From Camelus dromedarius (lineage: Eukaryota), in NCBI RefSeq assembly GCF_036321535.1, contig NC_087447.1, positions 34,722,001 to 34,786,000 on the forward strand: DNA of 64,000 nucleotides, given 5' to 3'. The notes under the pieces are model-generated. The model did not search any database and was not told the DNA's origin. It was given only the letters and a program-made list of their open reading frames with translations. Numbering within the stretch: the stretch's first letter is position 1; every line of letters starts with the position of its first letter. Positions 1 through 13,075 of this stretch are shown piece after piece. A program made the translations under genes and the position numbers.

Positions 1-399
1 CAAAAGGGTTTTTTAATTATAAATAGTCCCACAATCCTGATATAATTATTTTCATTACTTTGTGTTGAATACCCACATGTCACTCAAAAGCCCAAAGCTT
101 TCCTCTCTTATAAACTGTGGTCCTGGAAGAGCATGTAGGATTAAATGAAGTAGATTAGAGCACCTGGCATGTACCAGCTACTTCCTGCACGTAAATTTTC
201 CTTTCTTTCTTTCCTCCCAGCAGAATCTGCTGCCCCTTCCTTTGAGGTCCCAGGGCACTTCATACATATTTTAATTCACGTTTACCTTTCTCAACTATAC
301 TTCTGTGTTTTTTATGTCAGTCACCCCTTCTATGTGCTGTAACTTCTTGGCTGTGCCCCAACTTCTTGGGGCAATGATCATACCTAATTTTCCCCCTTT

Positions 400-1502
400 T
401 TAGTTACTTTTTATTGAGGTTTAACTTACATATAGTAAAAGTGTCCAGATCTTAAGTATATAGTTCAAAGAATGTTTACAGATGATTACTTCTGGGTTGC
501 CATCACCCAAATCAAGAGAAAACATTTCCAGCCCCTCCAGGAGGCTCCTGCATGCCCCTTCCCAGTCAGTATCTTCCCAGCTACCATTCTGACCTCTCTT
601 ACCATAGATTACTTTTCATCTGTTCTTGAATATCACAGAGTATATTCTCTTTGGAATATGGTCTGTCACACAGCATAACATTTTTGAGATTTATTCATGC
701 TGTTGTGTGTAGCCAAAACACATTCTTTTCTGTTGTATGAAACTACCACAACTTAGGTATCTACTTTACTGTGAATGGACCCTAGGGAGTTTCCAGTTTG
801 GAACTATTACCTCTAGTACCACCAGGAAGATTCTGGTACATGTCCTGCCATGGAAAAAAGCACTTATTTCTGTTGGGTACTTACAAGACTAGTACTTCTG
901 GATCACAAACTATGTATATAACAAGCTTTAGTAGATACGCCTAATTGTCTTCTAAGTAGTTGTACAAATTTACATCCATTCCAGCAATGCATGAAATTTG
1001 GAGCAATGCACAAAATCCTTACCAAACTTCGTCAGTCTTTTTATTTTAGTCCTTCTGGTAGTAGCTAGTTCATCTTTTTTTTCCCTAGCTTTACTGTGGT
1101 ATGACATATAAAATAGTAAGATACTCAAATAGTAAGATACAATGATTTGATATTCACACATACTGTGAAAGAATTCCCTTCATGGAGTTAATCAACACAT
1201 CCATCACCTCATATATTTATCTTTTTCTTTTTGGTGAGAACTTTTCCACTCTCTTGGCAAAATTTCAATCATACAACAGTGTTATCAACTATAGTCACCG
1301 TATTATACATTAGATCTTCAGCTCTCACTCCTCTTATAGCTGAAAGTTTGTACTGTCTGACCAGCCTCTTCCTGTTTCCCTCCTCCTCTAGTCCCTGGCA
1401 ACCACTTTTCTATTGTTTCTATGGGTTTGACATTCTTTGAGACTCTACATAGAAGTGATGTGCTGCAGTATTTGCCTTTATCTGTCTGGCTTATTTCACT
1501 TC
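400..1502 (-). mobile_element. Old L1 3' fragments in antisense (L1M ~400-1080; L1MA9-like ~1085-1502)
   Basis: T-rich reverse L1 3'-end hallmarks: tttattgagg...acatatagtaaa, tgatttgata...atccatcacctca, tctggcttatttcactt. Confidence 0.75.
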
Positions 1503-1559
1503 TGCTAGTTCATCTTTCTATTCCCTCACATATACCAGGCCAAAATTTCTACTATGTGA

Positions 1560-2135
1560 CCCCACGTGCTTTCCTGGCCAACAGTGACCAGATACAATCA
1601 TTTGGCCAAAAGCCAGGTAAACCATAGGCCAGCTACCAGTGGATAACACTCTGCATGAAAAAAAAAATAATAAAAACAAAACAAAACAAAACGAGCTGGA
1701 TCAATTAGATCCCCTCGCTGAGAAATTAAAACAATAAAACAAAGAGAATAACGCAGTCTTCAGTGGGAGGAAATAATGAAAAGTGGGAATGGCTATGGTA
1801 AATCAACACAAGGCAATGCCATGAGAGATGACCAGCAGCAGCAGCAGCAACAGACAATACAGGGTGGAGGGAGGAAGCAGCTGAGATCCAGACAGAAAGC
1901 AGCAGGTATTATGAGAACAGCAGGGAACCAGACCACATTCTGGGGTCACCAGAGTAGCCTTGCATCCGGAGCCACCCTCTAAGTCCCCAGCTCCAAAAGG
2001 CCCTGGGGCAGGACCTATTCTTGAATCTCCACGATATTCTGTCTCCCTTTTCTTACACTAAATACCCTTAGCATAAACCCCTCCTCACTTGGGTTGAACT
2101 CACCTGAGTGAGCCCCTGCTTCTTGCAACCAAAAT
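1560..2135 (+). mobile_element. Degenerate MaLR (MLT1-type) LTR
   Basis: Ends in the MLT1-like 3' terminus ...ctgcttcttgcaacc; 5' boundary uncertain. Confidence 0.45.
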
Positions 2136-2161
2136 CGTTCAACCGTCCTCCTGCCTGGTAT

Positions 2162-2590
2162 CAGAGGTGCTCTGGTAAACGCTTACCAACCAAATAAATA
2201 AAAAGGAATAAAAAGCCCTGATCTGAAGTGCTTGCCAACACATGTGGTGTAAGCACTCCTACCATGGCCACTTCAGAGCTACCAATGTGACATCACTGAA
2301 CACAGATGGGGAGAGACAGGAAATAGCACACCGTTATATACTACTTCGACTGCACAGATGCAATTCATGTAAATAACCTCCAAAGCATAGACAGTAGTAA
2401 AATAATTTGTTGAGTATTTATTCTCAATGTGAGTATAACTGAGGATTTATTGCCTTTGTTTTTAACATAATTTAGTTGCAAGTCTATATAACAAGTTTTT
2501 GTAACGGTTGCTTTTTAATAACAAGGTGACAAAATTTCTGCAAATAGCAAAGTCAAGTCAGCTCTCGCAGACCACAGAAGATGCTCACTA
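2162..2590 (-). mobile_element. MER63-like hAT-Blackjack DNA transposon
   Basis: Starts cagaggtgctctggtaaac; internal ccatggcc...gctaccaatgtgacatcactgaac matches reverse MER63. Confidence 0.7.
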
Positions 2591-3059
2591 AACATCTGAA
2601 TCCTTTCCTGACTTCTGTACGAACTGCATGATAGCCGGCTCCTCGCCGTGTGGGGTTCAGCTGCCTGGCTCCTACGCCAGGGGCGTATCCAAATCTGAGC
2701 ACAGCAAATCATGTGATGAAAGTCTTGTACTCAATTTTCCACTGTAGATTTCCACTGGTGATATTCTAAACCATGGAAATAGACATGTCATGGCTATATT
2801 TACCCAGATAAAAGCGTCACAGCTTTTTTGGTTTGGCAGTCTGGTTTGTTTGGGTTTTGTCTGGTCTCATCACATTACACAAGCAAGCATGTAGTATGTT
2901 AAGTGGTCGCAGGAACTTTTTACTCTCCAGAGGGGTCACTGGGTCCAAAATCCAGCAAATATCCGAGTCCCTCGCATATCCTGCCCCCGTGCTGGGCACC
3001 ACGGTCACATAAGTGCAGTAAGAGCTGTGGTCTCCGCCTGTCCTGGGCTCTCAATGGTA

Positions 3060-3290
3060 ATGATGCTGATGATGAGGGCTGACATTTACTAAGCACTCAC
3101 TGCATAAAAGGTTCTTTTCCAAGTGCTTTATGTGGATCAACCCAACTAATGCTCACAACCACCCTCGTGGCAGGTACTATTATCTTCCCCATCTTCCCGG
3201 AAAAGGAAGGTGAGGCACAGAGAGCTTAAGTGGAAGCCTAAGGTTAAAATATGAACCAAGCATCCAACTCAGAGACCATGCTGCCAACCA
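3060..3290 (-). mobile_element. MIR SINE
   Basis: catttactaagcac...attatcttccccat...tgaggcacagagag reverse MIR core. Confidence 0.75.
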
Positions 3291-3394
3291 CTGGCAACCT
3301 CACCTTAGGCCAGTAAGACACAAATGTTGTCGCACAAGAAAATAAGGAAGACACCAGGAGGCTGTATGTAAGTACATCAGGAGCAGAGGAGGAA

Positions 3395-4205
3395 GGAAAA
3401 CTTCATGAGGGAGCATGAGGACACTTTCAGGGTGATGGCTCTATGTCCTATCTTGATTGTGGTGATGATATCACCAGTGTAAATATTTGCCAAAACTTAT
3501 CAAATTGTGAACTGTAAGTATGTATAGTCTACTATATGTCAGCTATGCCTCAGTAGTGCTGCTTTTTAAACTGAAAAAATAAAGATTACATACCATATGA
3601 TTCAATTTATACGACTTTCTAGAAAAGGCAAAAGAGAGACAAAAAAAAAAAAAAAGGATCAATTGTTGCCAGGGGCTGGGAATAGGGAAAAGGGTTGAGG
3701 ACCAAGGAGCATGAGGAGGTTTGAAGGAGGAAGGGTTCACAGATGTGATGAGAAGGACACTTCACCTGGGTGGTCCTCCTCCCCAAAATCCATAACCCCA
3801 GTCTCATCGTGAGGAAAAACATCAGACAAACCCAAACTGAGGAATATTCTGTTAAATCCCAGGACTTCTCAAAACTGTCAGGGTCATCAAAAATAAGAAA
3901 GACTGAGAAATTGCCACAGGCCAGAGGAGATTCATGAGACACAATGACTAAATGTCATATGGGGTCCTGAATGGGACTCTGGAACAGAAAAAGGACATTA
4001 GTGGAAAAACTAGTGCAACCTGCACGAAGACTGTAGTTTAGTTAACAACAGTGATGCACCCACACTGGGCCTTCAGCTCCGATGAAGGTGCCATGATGAT
4101 GTATGATGTTAACAACAGGGAAACCAGAAGAGGAGCACGGGAGAGCTCTTTGTACTATTTTTGCAATTTTTCTGCAACACTGAAATCATTCCAAAATAAA
4201 AAATT
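3395..4205 (+). mobile_element. Old L1 (L1MC/ME-type) 3' fragments
   Basis: tatcttgattgtggtgatg; ccccaaaatccataacccc; ctctttgtactatttttgcaa...aaataaaaa. Confidence 0.75.
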
Positions 4206-4644
4206 TATCTCAAAAGATCTTATGGAGGCCCTGGATGCTTTTGTTCTTCCTGTTAAATCTTATCCCAAGAAGTAGAGTATATTTCATTTAGCAGCCAAGA
4301 ATTAATTTCCAAGCTAAGGGCAGGAGCGTCTCTGCTTTGACTCACAACACCCTACACAGGGCAGCCTGAGGGGGTGGGGGTGAAGGCAGTCATCCGTCTC
4401 TTCCCCTCATAGGAGCCCCTGTGCCCTCTCCCCCATCAGCAGCACCAGGGGCAGTTTGAATTCGATAAAGGCATCCCGGTCACCTATGGATGCGGACAGA
4501 CAAGGGTCAGAGGGCAGTGGCGCCTGGGCTGCTGCTCTCTTGAAGTCCCACTGGTCAGACGGGCTCTGGGCAGGACCACTGCTGGGGAGGGGAGAGGAGA
4601 AGGGATGTCCTACCCGAGGCCAGGGATTTCTAGTGCCCCCTGTG

Positions 4645-4647
<3 letters not shown>

Positions 4648-4704
<57 letters not shown>
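4648..4704. repeat. Compound microsatellite (AG)15(TG)13
   Basis: Read directly. Confidence 0.95.
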
Positions 4705-4707
<3 letters not shown>

Positions 4708-6699
4708 AGAATGAGAGACAGACCGACAGGGAAACAGACTGAATTGAGTACTGAGGAGGAGGTCACAGTGAGTGACCTGAAACAGGCTTCTGGAAACACT
4801 CTCTCAGCAGGGGAACAGTGGGTTCTTTTGGAAACCAATGAAGCAGGAAAGTGGTGTTGACCAACCTATTGTGCAGGCGGTTTTCACTATGTGTAAATAA
4901 ATGAAAGGCCCACTGGTCCTCCACGGGGACTAACAGTCTCAGCGTTTCCCTGCTCTCCCCACCCTCAGCCTCTGTGACCAGTTCCCCACCCAGCCTTCGG
5001 CCCTCGGAACCTCCTCCACAGCTCTCCTTTCTCCACCAGACTCTCCTCCTTTCCTATCCTGTTGCCTCACGGCCTGTCTTCACTCTGAAGCCTTAGACTC
5101 CCCCACTGGCCCTGCCCCAGGGCAGCCCTGCCCACAAGGCACAGTCAGCGCCCAGGTGGTCTTCCCGCTCGGCTGCTTCTGCAGAGTCCACACAGCATGT
5201 CCGGATAAAGACCAGACTCCCAGCGTCCTTCGTCCAGAGAGACACTGACACCTTCACTCATAAAATGAAGGTGTCCTTCTCAGCTGACTCCTTCAGGGAA
5301 AGCGGACTTGTGTGTGGTATGACACAGGGTCCAGTCAGGAAGCAGAAACCACACCAGTCATTTTAACATAGCCAATGTAGTATAAAAATTGTTCACAACT
5401 TACTGTGGTAATCAACTCACAATATATACACAGATCAAATCATTATGTTGTATGCCTTAGACTTATACAATGTTAGATGTTCCGTTTACCAGGAAAAGGA
5501 AAACTGATAGAGCAAAGAGGGACTGCTGAGGTTCCTGCGTGCGGGAAGCAGCTAGGCCACCACGGCTGGAGGAAGGAGGGGAGGAGTCTGGGGCTGCCAG
5601 GACCTAGAAGCATGGAGAAGACCCCCTGGAGATGGAACCCAGACCTCTGAGGAAGGCATTCCAACCTGCTGGGGCTGGGCTCTCCAAGGTGGGACAATGA
5701 GGCTGGTTTTGAGAGTCTGAAGAAAAATGAAAACTGGAGTCAGCTGCTATATTGAAATCAACTGCCACTGCCCAGGTAAGTCGAGCGATGCTGGCAGGAA
5801 CTGGAAGCAAACAGGAAAAAGCACATCTCCTTTCCCTCCTCCCGCCTTCCAGGCTCCATCTAGCATCCCCCTACTGGCAGAGCCTAAAATCCATCCAGCT
5901 GGCAAAGGAGACAGGGGTTTGCAGAATCCCAGCCCCAGCATCACAAAGCAAGTATACAAAGTAAGTGTGAATTTGAGACCCAATACCATAATAATAGAAG
6001 ACAAAGGAAGAAGAAATATAAATTTATAATTTATCAAAGGACTACTCCATAGATAAACTGTGTGAATGTACACACAAGTGTGAGAATATAGGTATAAACA
6101 TCTCTGAATATGTTATTTCATGTTTGATGGCAGCTCCCCATTTCTAATAATAGTATCTAATATTTACTAAGAGGTTGCCAGGTACAAGGCAAGTGCTAAA
6201 CTCTCCACACTGATGATCTAACTGAGCACTCACAAAAACACAAAGAGGCAGATACCAAAAGAATTAGAATTTTACAGATACGGAATTAAGGTTTAGAGGA
6301 GTTAAGTATCTTGCGATGCTTACGATGCTCAGAAAGTAGCAGATCTAAGACCAGACACCAAAAAACTCCTGTGTAGTCCCTGCATCACCTCTTACCTACT
6401 GGGTACCACAGCTACAAAGTCCTCCACCTTCCCCTCTCCTTCCACAAACATTGTCAGGAGCTCCTCCAGCCAAAGGGCTAACAGATTTCTCAGTGCTCTC
6501 TGCTCAGATGCACTGTATACAGCAGAGCTGGAGTTGTACAAACACAGTATTAAAGCATGCACAGCACTGAAGCACATAGATACAACCACAAAACCAAAGG
6601 AAAAGCAGAAAAGAGTGCTCACACACCAGTACAACTGTATAATATGCAGACAATAAAGTTATGATGTAGAAATACACATATTGACATAGAAAGATAATA

Positions 6700-6960
6700 A
6701 TAGCTAACATTTCACCAGAGGGTCCCCTGTGCTAGGCACTGTGTTATGGGGTTTTTGCTGTGTTAACATACTTAATCCTCACAACAACCCAATGTGGTAG
6801 ATCCCACCATTATCCTGCCCATTTTACAGACGAGGAAATTGAGGCATCAGAAAGGTTATATAACTTGCCCAAGATCATAGAGCTAGTAATTGATCAAGTC
6901 AGTGTTTGAAACAAGACAGTCAGGCTTCAGAGCACATGATGTGGACACCATACTATTCTA
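6700..6960 (-). mobile_element. MIR SINE
   Basis: cccattttacagacgaggaaattgaggc...aacttgcccaagatcatagagctagtaa. Confidence 0.85.
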
Positions 6961-8102
6961 ACTCCAACAGAATGTAAAAATCTTCATGACATATCATTCA
7001 TTAAAAAGAAAACAGGTTACCAACTAGTGTGTATAGTATTTTGCCATATATATATATAAAATGAAAGCCTGAAAGGGTTTATATATATAAGAAAGCCTGA
7101 AAGGGTTTATAATAAAATATTAACAATGGTTATCTCAGAATGGTAGTTTGATTTTTTTGCTTTCTTATTTTTAAGTAACTATGTTCTGATTTTCCAGCAA
7201 TAAACAAGTTCTTTTTGTAATAAGTATTTTAAGATTTTTTTTTTAAAGAAATGGGTGCCATTTCAGGGAAAATGACCTGATAATTTGAAAAGCTTTCTAA
7301 TATTTTGGGTGGATAAAAGAAACTTGTGTTCCCAATGGACATGCACAATAGAAAAGAGATTCAAAAGCATCTACTTCATCCTGGCAAGGTAATAAAACAC
7401 TCCCTGATAATCACCCGCGTACCCGAATAAGCCCGGAAGCCAAGTCCCATGCATTGTTTTAAGCATGTTCCCTTCTCCACTGCACCATAGGGAGGGCTTG
7501 CAAATTTATTGAACATGAGCCTGATAACACCACTTTGCAACTCATGCTGCCTAGATTCTAATCAAGATGACTAGGTCCCTCCAAATACCCGACATTTGTG
7601 TGCTGGGTAGCATTGTTGTGGTGGCTGTGATGTTATCCCTTTGCATCAAGAGTATTCTCTCCAATTTCCCCAAGCCATGTGTTGCCTTGGAAACATCATG
7701 ATTCTTATAGAGATCTAAGCAAAGGGAAATAATAAAAATAATAAAATCTTACAGTTGAAGTCTATCTTTCATGCCACCAAGGCGTGCTGCTAAACCCTTC
7801 CTCTAGATAAGAAGCCAGGCAGCCAGAGAGGCTCCTACCATGTGTCACCCTGATAATTAACAATTAGAGAAAACACACTGATCTCTGTTCTCCAGATAAT
7901 TCAGGTCAAAGTAGTTTTGCACCTGAATTAAGCAGATTGCCAAGGCCAATGGTTTCATGAACAGGAAGATTTAGTCCCACATCTAAAGACACTGGCATGA
8001 AAGAGGCCTCTGAGCTGGGAAGCAACAAAGCCTCTCATCATCATGGCACTGATTCACGTGAAAAAAAGGTCTGACGTAATCCAGAGAATCTTCCCTTTGG
8101 AG

Positions 8103-8322
8103 CAGCAGTCAGTGATCTTTTCTGTAAAGGGCCAGATAGTGAAAGTGGTTCAGCTGTGCAGGCCATATGGCCTTTGTCTCAACTACTCAACTCTGCTGCT
8201 GTAGGAGGAAAGCAGCCATAGATAATAAAGGAATGAGCATGGCTGTGTTCCAATAAAACTTTATTTATAAAGACAGGTGGTGGGCCAGGCTTGACATATA
8301 AGCCATCGTTTGCAGACCCTTG
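8103..8322 (+). mobile_element. MER58A-like hAT-Charlie element
   Basis: ttttctgtaaagggccagatagt...ggctgtgttccaataaaactttatttat...gtttgcagaccc. Confidence 0.85.
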
Positions 8323-8414
8323 CTCTACAGTGTAGGCTGAAGATCCTCAGGTGTGTCTGCGATGGTCAAGGCTTGGACTCAGGAGAACTATCCAGTGGGC
8401 AAAGTTGTTCTCAA

Positions 8415-8915
8415 ATTCATTTATTCAATAAACATGTATTGCCTTCCTTCAGTGAGTCAGGCTCTGGCTGAAGCCTTGTGAAACAGCTGTAGGAAAGCAA
8501 ATAAAGTCCCTAGAATTTACATTTGACAGAGGAGGACATCCTAAGCAAGGAAACAAATAAACCTGCCAGAAACTTTCTGGTAATGGTGAGTGACAGACGA
8601 CAAATAAAGGTAAGGCTTACTTGGTGGGGAAGGGGAGGACCCAGTGTGGATGAGGAGGTCAGGGGAGGCCTCCGGAGGAAGGTTCTGTGGAGCTCACGTC
8701 GGAATGACGAGTAGCAGCTGTCGGTGCACAGACCTGGGCCAAGAGCGGGCTATCCGGTAGAGAGATAGCAAACACATAGAGCCTGGTGGCAGAAACGGGC
8801 TCACTGAGTTTGAGGAACAGAAAGGCCTGTCTAGACCGAACATAATGGACAAGGAGAGTAAGTTTGAGACAAGGCTGAAGAGGTGGTTAAGGGTTGAGGC
8901 AGGCAGGGCTTTTCA
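8415..8915 (-). mobile_element. L2 LINE fragment
   Basis: ttcatttattcaataaacatgtattg reverse L2 tail followed by purine-rich L2 body. Confidence 0.65.
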
Positions 8916-9539
8916 AGCCACAGGGCCTCCCCTTGACCTCACCTTTCCACTGTCCAGCAGTCCTGGCTCTCACCGTCACCTCACCTGGTAACTCCCAGGC
9001 TCTGGACCCTCCTCCTCAGTTCCCCTGCATCCATCAGGGGTGGCTAATCCTGGAGGTGTTCTAAAAATGCCAGATGAAACAGGTCGCCCTACCAAGGAAA
9101 ACACACCTATTTTCACTGGAGCCAAGAAAAGACAGATTAAAGTAAACTCAGGCAGCAGTGAGATTTTAGGCACCTGATCAAGTGGTTTCTTAGCATCCCC
9201 CTTTCTTAAAATCAACGGTCAGACCAAGAAGAATAAGGAATTGATTAGCTCAGTACTTCAGGGCCATGTTCAAATAAGAGAAAGAAAAAACTCCTTAACT
9301 CCTTTAGGTCTGTCAAGGACAATAATCTTCAAACCAGAAAGCATTGAATGTACATGTTTAGAAAGACACTGAAACACAAGGCAAAGAGAACTAGTAAGAC
9401 AGCCTTTAGCTCTTTTAAATGAGACCGATGGGCCAGGCCCACACCAATAAACCCAGTGTGGGGAGGCAACTCCAGGACCAGTGGGATAATGAACTGGGAT
9501 CTATGAGACCAAGAGAGGCGTCAGGAAAGGCAATGCTCT

Positions 9540-10060
9540 TCTTTTCAGAAAAAGTAGAGGTGTGTTCCAAAAGCTACAACCCATGATTTGAGTATCAGCC
9601 ACTAGAAAAATCCTATAAGGGATAATTAAATAGTAATATTTCATGAACAAGAGGGAACAAACCTCACAGGATCACCCTCATCTCTTTCTTTGATAGGATG
9701 GCTACATTCCACAAATGTTGATTCCACAACCACTAAGTTCTCATGCCAGGGCTCTAGCAGTGAACAAGATGGACACAGTGTCTAGTCTGTGGAGGGCTCT
9801 AGGACTATGCCACTGGGCTCTCTCCTCGAGCCTGTCCTGTTCAACATTCTTATCACTAAATAGGATGAAGATATGGAAGCTATGACTATCAACCTATCAG
9901 CTATCAATAGGCATGACTATGATATCAACCTAGCAACAGGTGTGATCAAACTATCAACTCCATCACACGCTGGAGTCCAAAGTGGGCTGAAGCTAATGAA
10001 AAGGATTTGAATACGAGTAAATAGTCTGGCACACTCTAAAAGTACAGGATGTAACTTCTA
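9540..10060 (+). mobile_element. CR1/L3 LINE reverse-transcriptase fossil
   Basis: 9807-9854 reads MPLGSLLEPVLFNILI (CR1 RT motif GVPQGSVLGPVLFNIFI); a TLISFFDR-like remnant lies near 9675-9700; boundaries approximate. Confidence 0.6.
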
Positions 10061-10076
10061 GTTAAAACTTTTCCAT

Positions 10077-10349
10077 GTAGTGGTGGCTACGTGTCATTAT
10101 GCATTTGTCAAAATTCATAGAATGTACAACATCAAGAGTGAACCCTAATGTAAACTGTGGACTTTGGTTGATAATAATGTGCCCATGTTGGTTCACTGAT
10201 CGTACCAAATATGCCACACTGATGAGGGATGTTGAGGGTAGGGGAGTATATATGTGTGGGTGGGGAGGGCTATGTGCAAACTCTCTGTATTTTTCAATTC
10301 TGCTGTGAACCTGAAACTGCTCTAAAAGAATAAAGTCTATTAAAAAAAA
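10077..10349 (+). mobile_element. 5'-truncated L1 (L1MC1-like) 3' end with poly(A) and degenerate TSD
   Basis: gtgaaccctaatgtaaac...aataaagtctatt(A)n; flanks aaaacttttccat (10064-10076) and aaaagttgtccat (10350-10362). Confidence 0.85.
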
Positions 10350-10949
10350 AAAAGTTGTCCATTGATCACAGACCTTTATCTCCTTTCCCTCTCAGGCAAA
10401 GAGAATGGGAAAGGGGACATCAGTGAATGAGAGATTTCAATCAGTTTTAGGAAGAGGACAAGCTTTTGGAAGTGATGAATGACGTAGCAGGGCAGAGAAA
10501 GGCCCACATTAAAATGTTTGCAGAGGAGGCTAAGGCAAACAGATTGCCCATTTGCCCCACAGAAGCCTGGAGACGTTCAAGACTTGGTCAAAATTGCCAT
10601 GGGGAAGGGCAGGAGCAGCGCAGAGCTGCAGGCCTTCTGTATCTGAACACTGGAATCCCTAGTCTTTCTTTCCCTCCAGATATGCAGAACCAGCAGCTAG
10701 ATATGCACACCGCCCTCACCCATCACCACCCTTCCCCAGAGAGGCGATCAGGAAATTCTTCTCTGGGGAATCTGAACAGTCTCAAAAAAAAAGACTGTCA
10801 CATCCTGATACATGGATTTCCTGCAAGCACCAGCCTCCTACCCCATCACCCAAGAGTGAAATCTGTCAACCAGCAAACCCCCATATCCATACTCATACAC
10901 AGAGCTATCCATCAGCTTTCTAATCCTATTATTAGATAGGAATGGACAA

Positions 10950-12070
10950 CCCAACCAAGATCTTAAGAGTCATCAATGTGAAGAGAGGCTAAACTCAATC
11001 AACAGAAAAAAAGAAACGGAAAGAAACCGATATAATGCAGGAAGCAAAGACTGAGCAGAAAAAAAAAAGTGCATCTATTCAGTTTCCTCAGAAAAACTGA
11101 TATTGCATACAAAAAGACAAGAAAAGATTATGAAAGAGATAATCAAATAAGATTTTGAAATAAAAATGATAGTATACACAAATAATAAATGACAGTCCAT
11201 GTAAATACATGAAAGAGTTGGAAGATAAAATTAAATAATCTTATAAGTAGTAAAACAAAAAGAAAAAGGGACTGAAAACATGAGGACAAAGTATAAGATT
11301 CAACATATGAAGTAGGAGGCCCAGTATCCAACCACCAAGGATTCCAGTAAAAGAGAACAGAGGAAAGAGAGGGAAGAAATGAGCATAAATGAATGAATGA
11401 GTGAATGAGTCTCCAGGACTCACTGTGGGCCTAGCACAGTAAGTGACAAAAGGCCCTCATTAAGACTTCTCATGGTGAAATTCTGAACCCTAGGGATAAA
11501 GAGAAAACCCAAAAAACTTCAGACAGGAAAAGGGGCTACTTACAAAATACCACCATCAGATGGACAAAGGCTTCTCAAGAACAACACCGTATCCTAGAAC
11601 AGTGCTTCTCAACATATGTGGCAAAGGACTTTGCCTGCAATCTGTCCCTGACTGCTACTTTTATAAAACTGAATAGAAAATAATTAGTAGGAAAAGTGAA
11701 ATTCAAAGACATACAAATTAAAAGCCACCAACATTTTACTATCAGCTTCAATAAACGTATAATGACACAGCCAAACTAGTAATAAAAGTTTTGAAATGCT
11801 TCCTCTCAATTTCTGTGCTTATTTCATCACAGATGAATGAGTTTGCAGACTGACCCCGGCCCATGAACTCCACTTTAGGTAGCAATGTAGTAGAAGACAG
11901 ACAGGCATTCCAGATTCGAGTTCTCAGCCCAGAATTCTATCCCCCAACTATCCATCGTGATGAGCGCAGAATAATGGGATGTTGAGACTTGCAAAAATGA
12001 AGACAATTTATCTTCTTGACTCTTTTCCCAGGAAATACTAAGAGGTGTTCAAGCCAAACGAAGAAGTAAA
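10950..12070 (+). mobile_element. Ancient L1/HAL1 ORF1-region remnant, interrupted by a hAT-Charlie-like insert (~11599-11890)
   Basis: Strongly A-rich; ggtgaaatt...gataaagagaaaa ORF1-like remnant; insert begins cagtgcttctcaa. Confidence 0.5.
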
Positions 12071-12879
12071 TCAAGAACGTGTAAGACAAGGGGAACTAAG
12101 GACGGCATCCTCCAGCCTCCCCCTTCCATCCTAGACGGCTGATGGGGGAGTGGTCCCCTTGCAGAGCCACTCTCTTCTCTGTCTTTGAACAGGTGTCTCC
12201 TGCAGCCATCCAAGTTTAAACCCACAGGTGTGTTCCTGCCATGGGGCTGACGTATATGCACACTCATCAGAGGAACTACGACAACCAGGCAAGGAAAGTG
12301 CCTGAAAAGGGAGCTCCTTGGCTTCCCTGCGCCTTTGCTGGGCCTTTCTTATCTGCGTGAGCGGACCTAGGTATTCCAGCGGGCCCCAGCCCTCCTGCTA
12401 CGAACCAGGCTCAAACCTCAAGATTGCTTCTCTTTGAGATTATCGGAGAGACAGGCACAGAAAGTGACTCTGAGGTTCCCAGCTTGGTATCGCTCTCTCC
12501 TAACGTCTGCTGAGGCTTATTTCACTCTTTTCTTTCCACCCTGGCGGTCCTGGAGAACAATAAAAAACCTAAAATATTTGCATTCCATTCGAGTTAACAC
12601 CGCATTTTCTGTAATTATCCCCACTGCTAAAATCATTTTCTTGTGTGCTTTTTGAGCAAGAAAGGAGGGGTAGGGGGGACCCAATTAATTCCTTGGCAAC
12701 AAAAAATCTAATTAATCAAAAACTGTTCATTCAGAGACTCTTCAGCCCATGAAAACAGCAGCCAAAAGGGAGCAGGAACACTTAGGCTTGCAATAAAAAA
12801 AAAAAAAAAAAATCAGGTACTTCTTAAGACAGCAGTTTTTATCAATGTGCAAGTGACTGGGGGGATAACAGACAAATAT

Positions 12880-13075
12880 GAGCAGGGCCTTTGGAGTCAA
12901 TCTGAGCTGGGCTCGAACCCAGCTCTGCTATTTCTCACTGCATAACCTTGAGCAAGTTACTTTGTCCCTTTGGTCCTCAGTTTTCCCATCCGTAAAATAG
13001 GGATAATGATACTTTCTCATAAGGTCAGTGGAGCGACTGATTGAGATGATGTCTATAAAACCTTTACATTGTCAC
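12880..13075 (+). mobile_element. MIR SINE
   Basis: ctttggagtca...ccttgagcaagttactt...cctcagttttcccatccgtaaaatagggataat. Confidence 0.85.

Noticed and set aside
1776..1982. PolyQ-containing ORF (DDQQQQQQQ)
   Set aside because: Short (CAG)5 CAA CAG run inside a probable LTR remnant, with no coding context
4407..4860. 143- and 134-aa ORFs on opposite strands
   Set aside because: Held open by the (AG)n(TG)n microsatellite (ERERE/CVCVC, HTHT/SLSL)
7048..7110. Short tandem duplication (ta)n..gaaagcctgaaagggttt x2 (similar 16-bp duplication at ~1111-1140)
   Set aside because: Two-copy slippage duplications in old L1-like sequence; not an array with spacers
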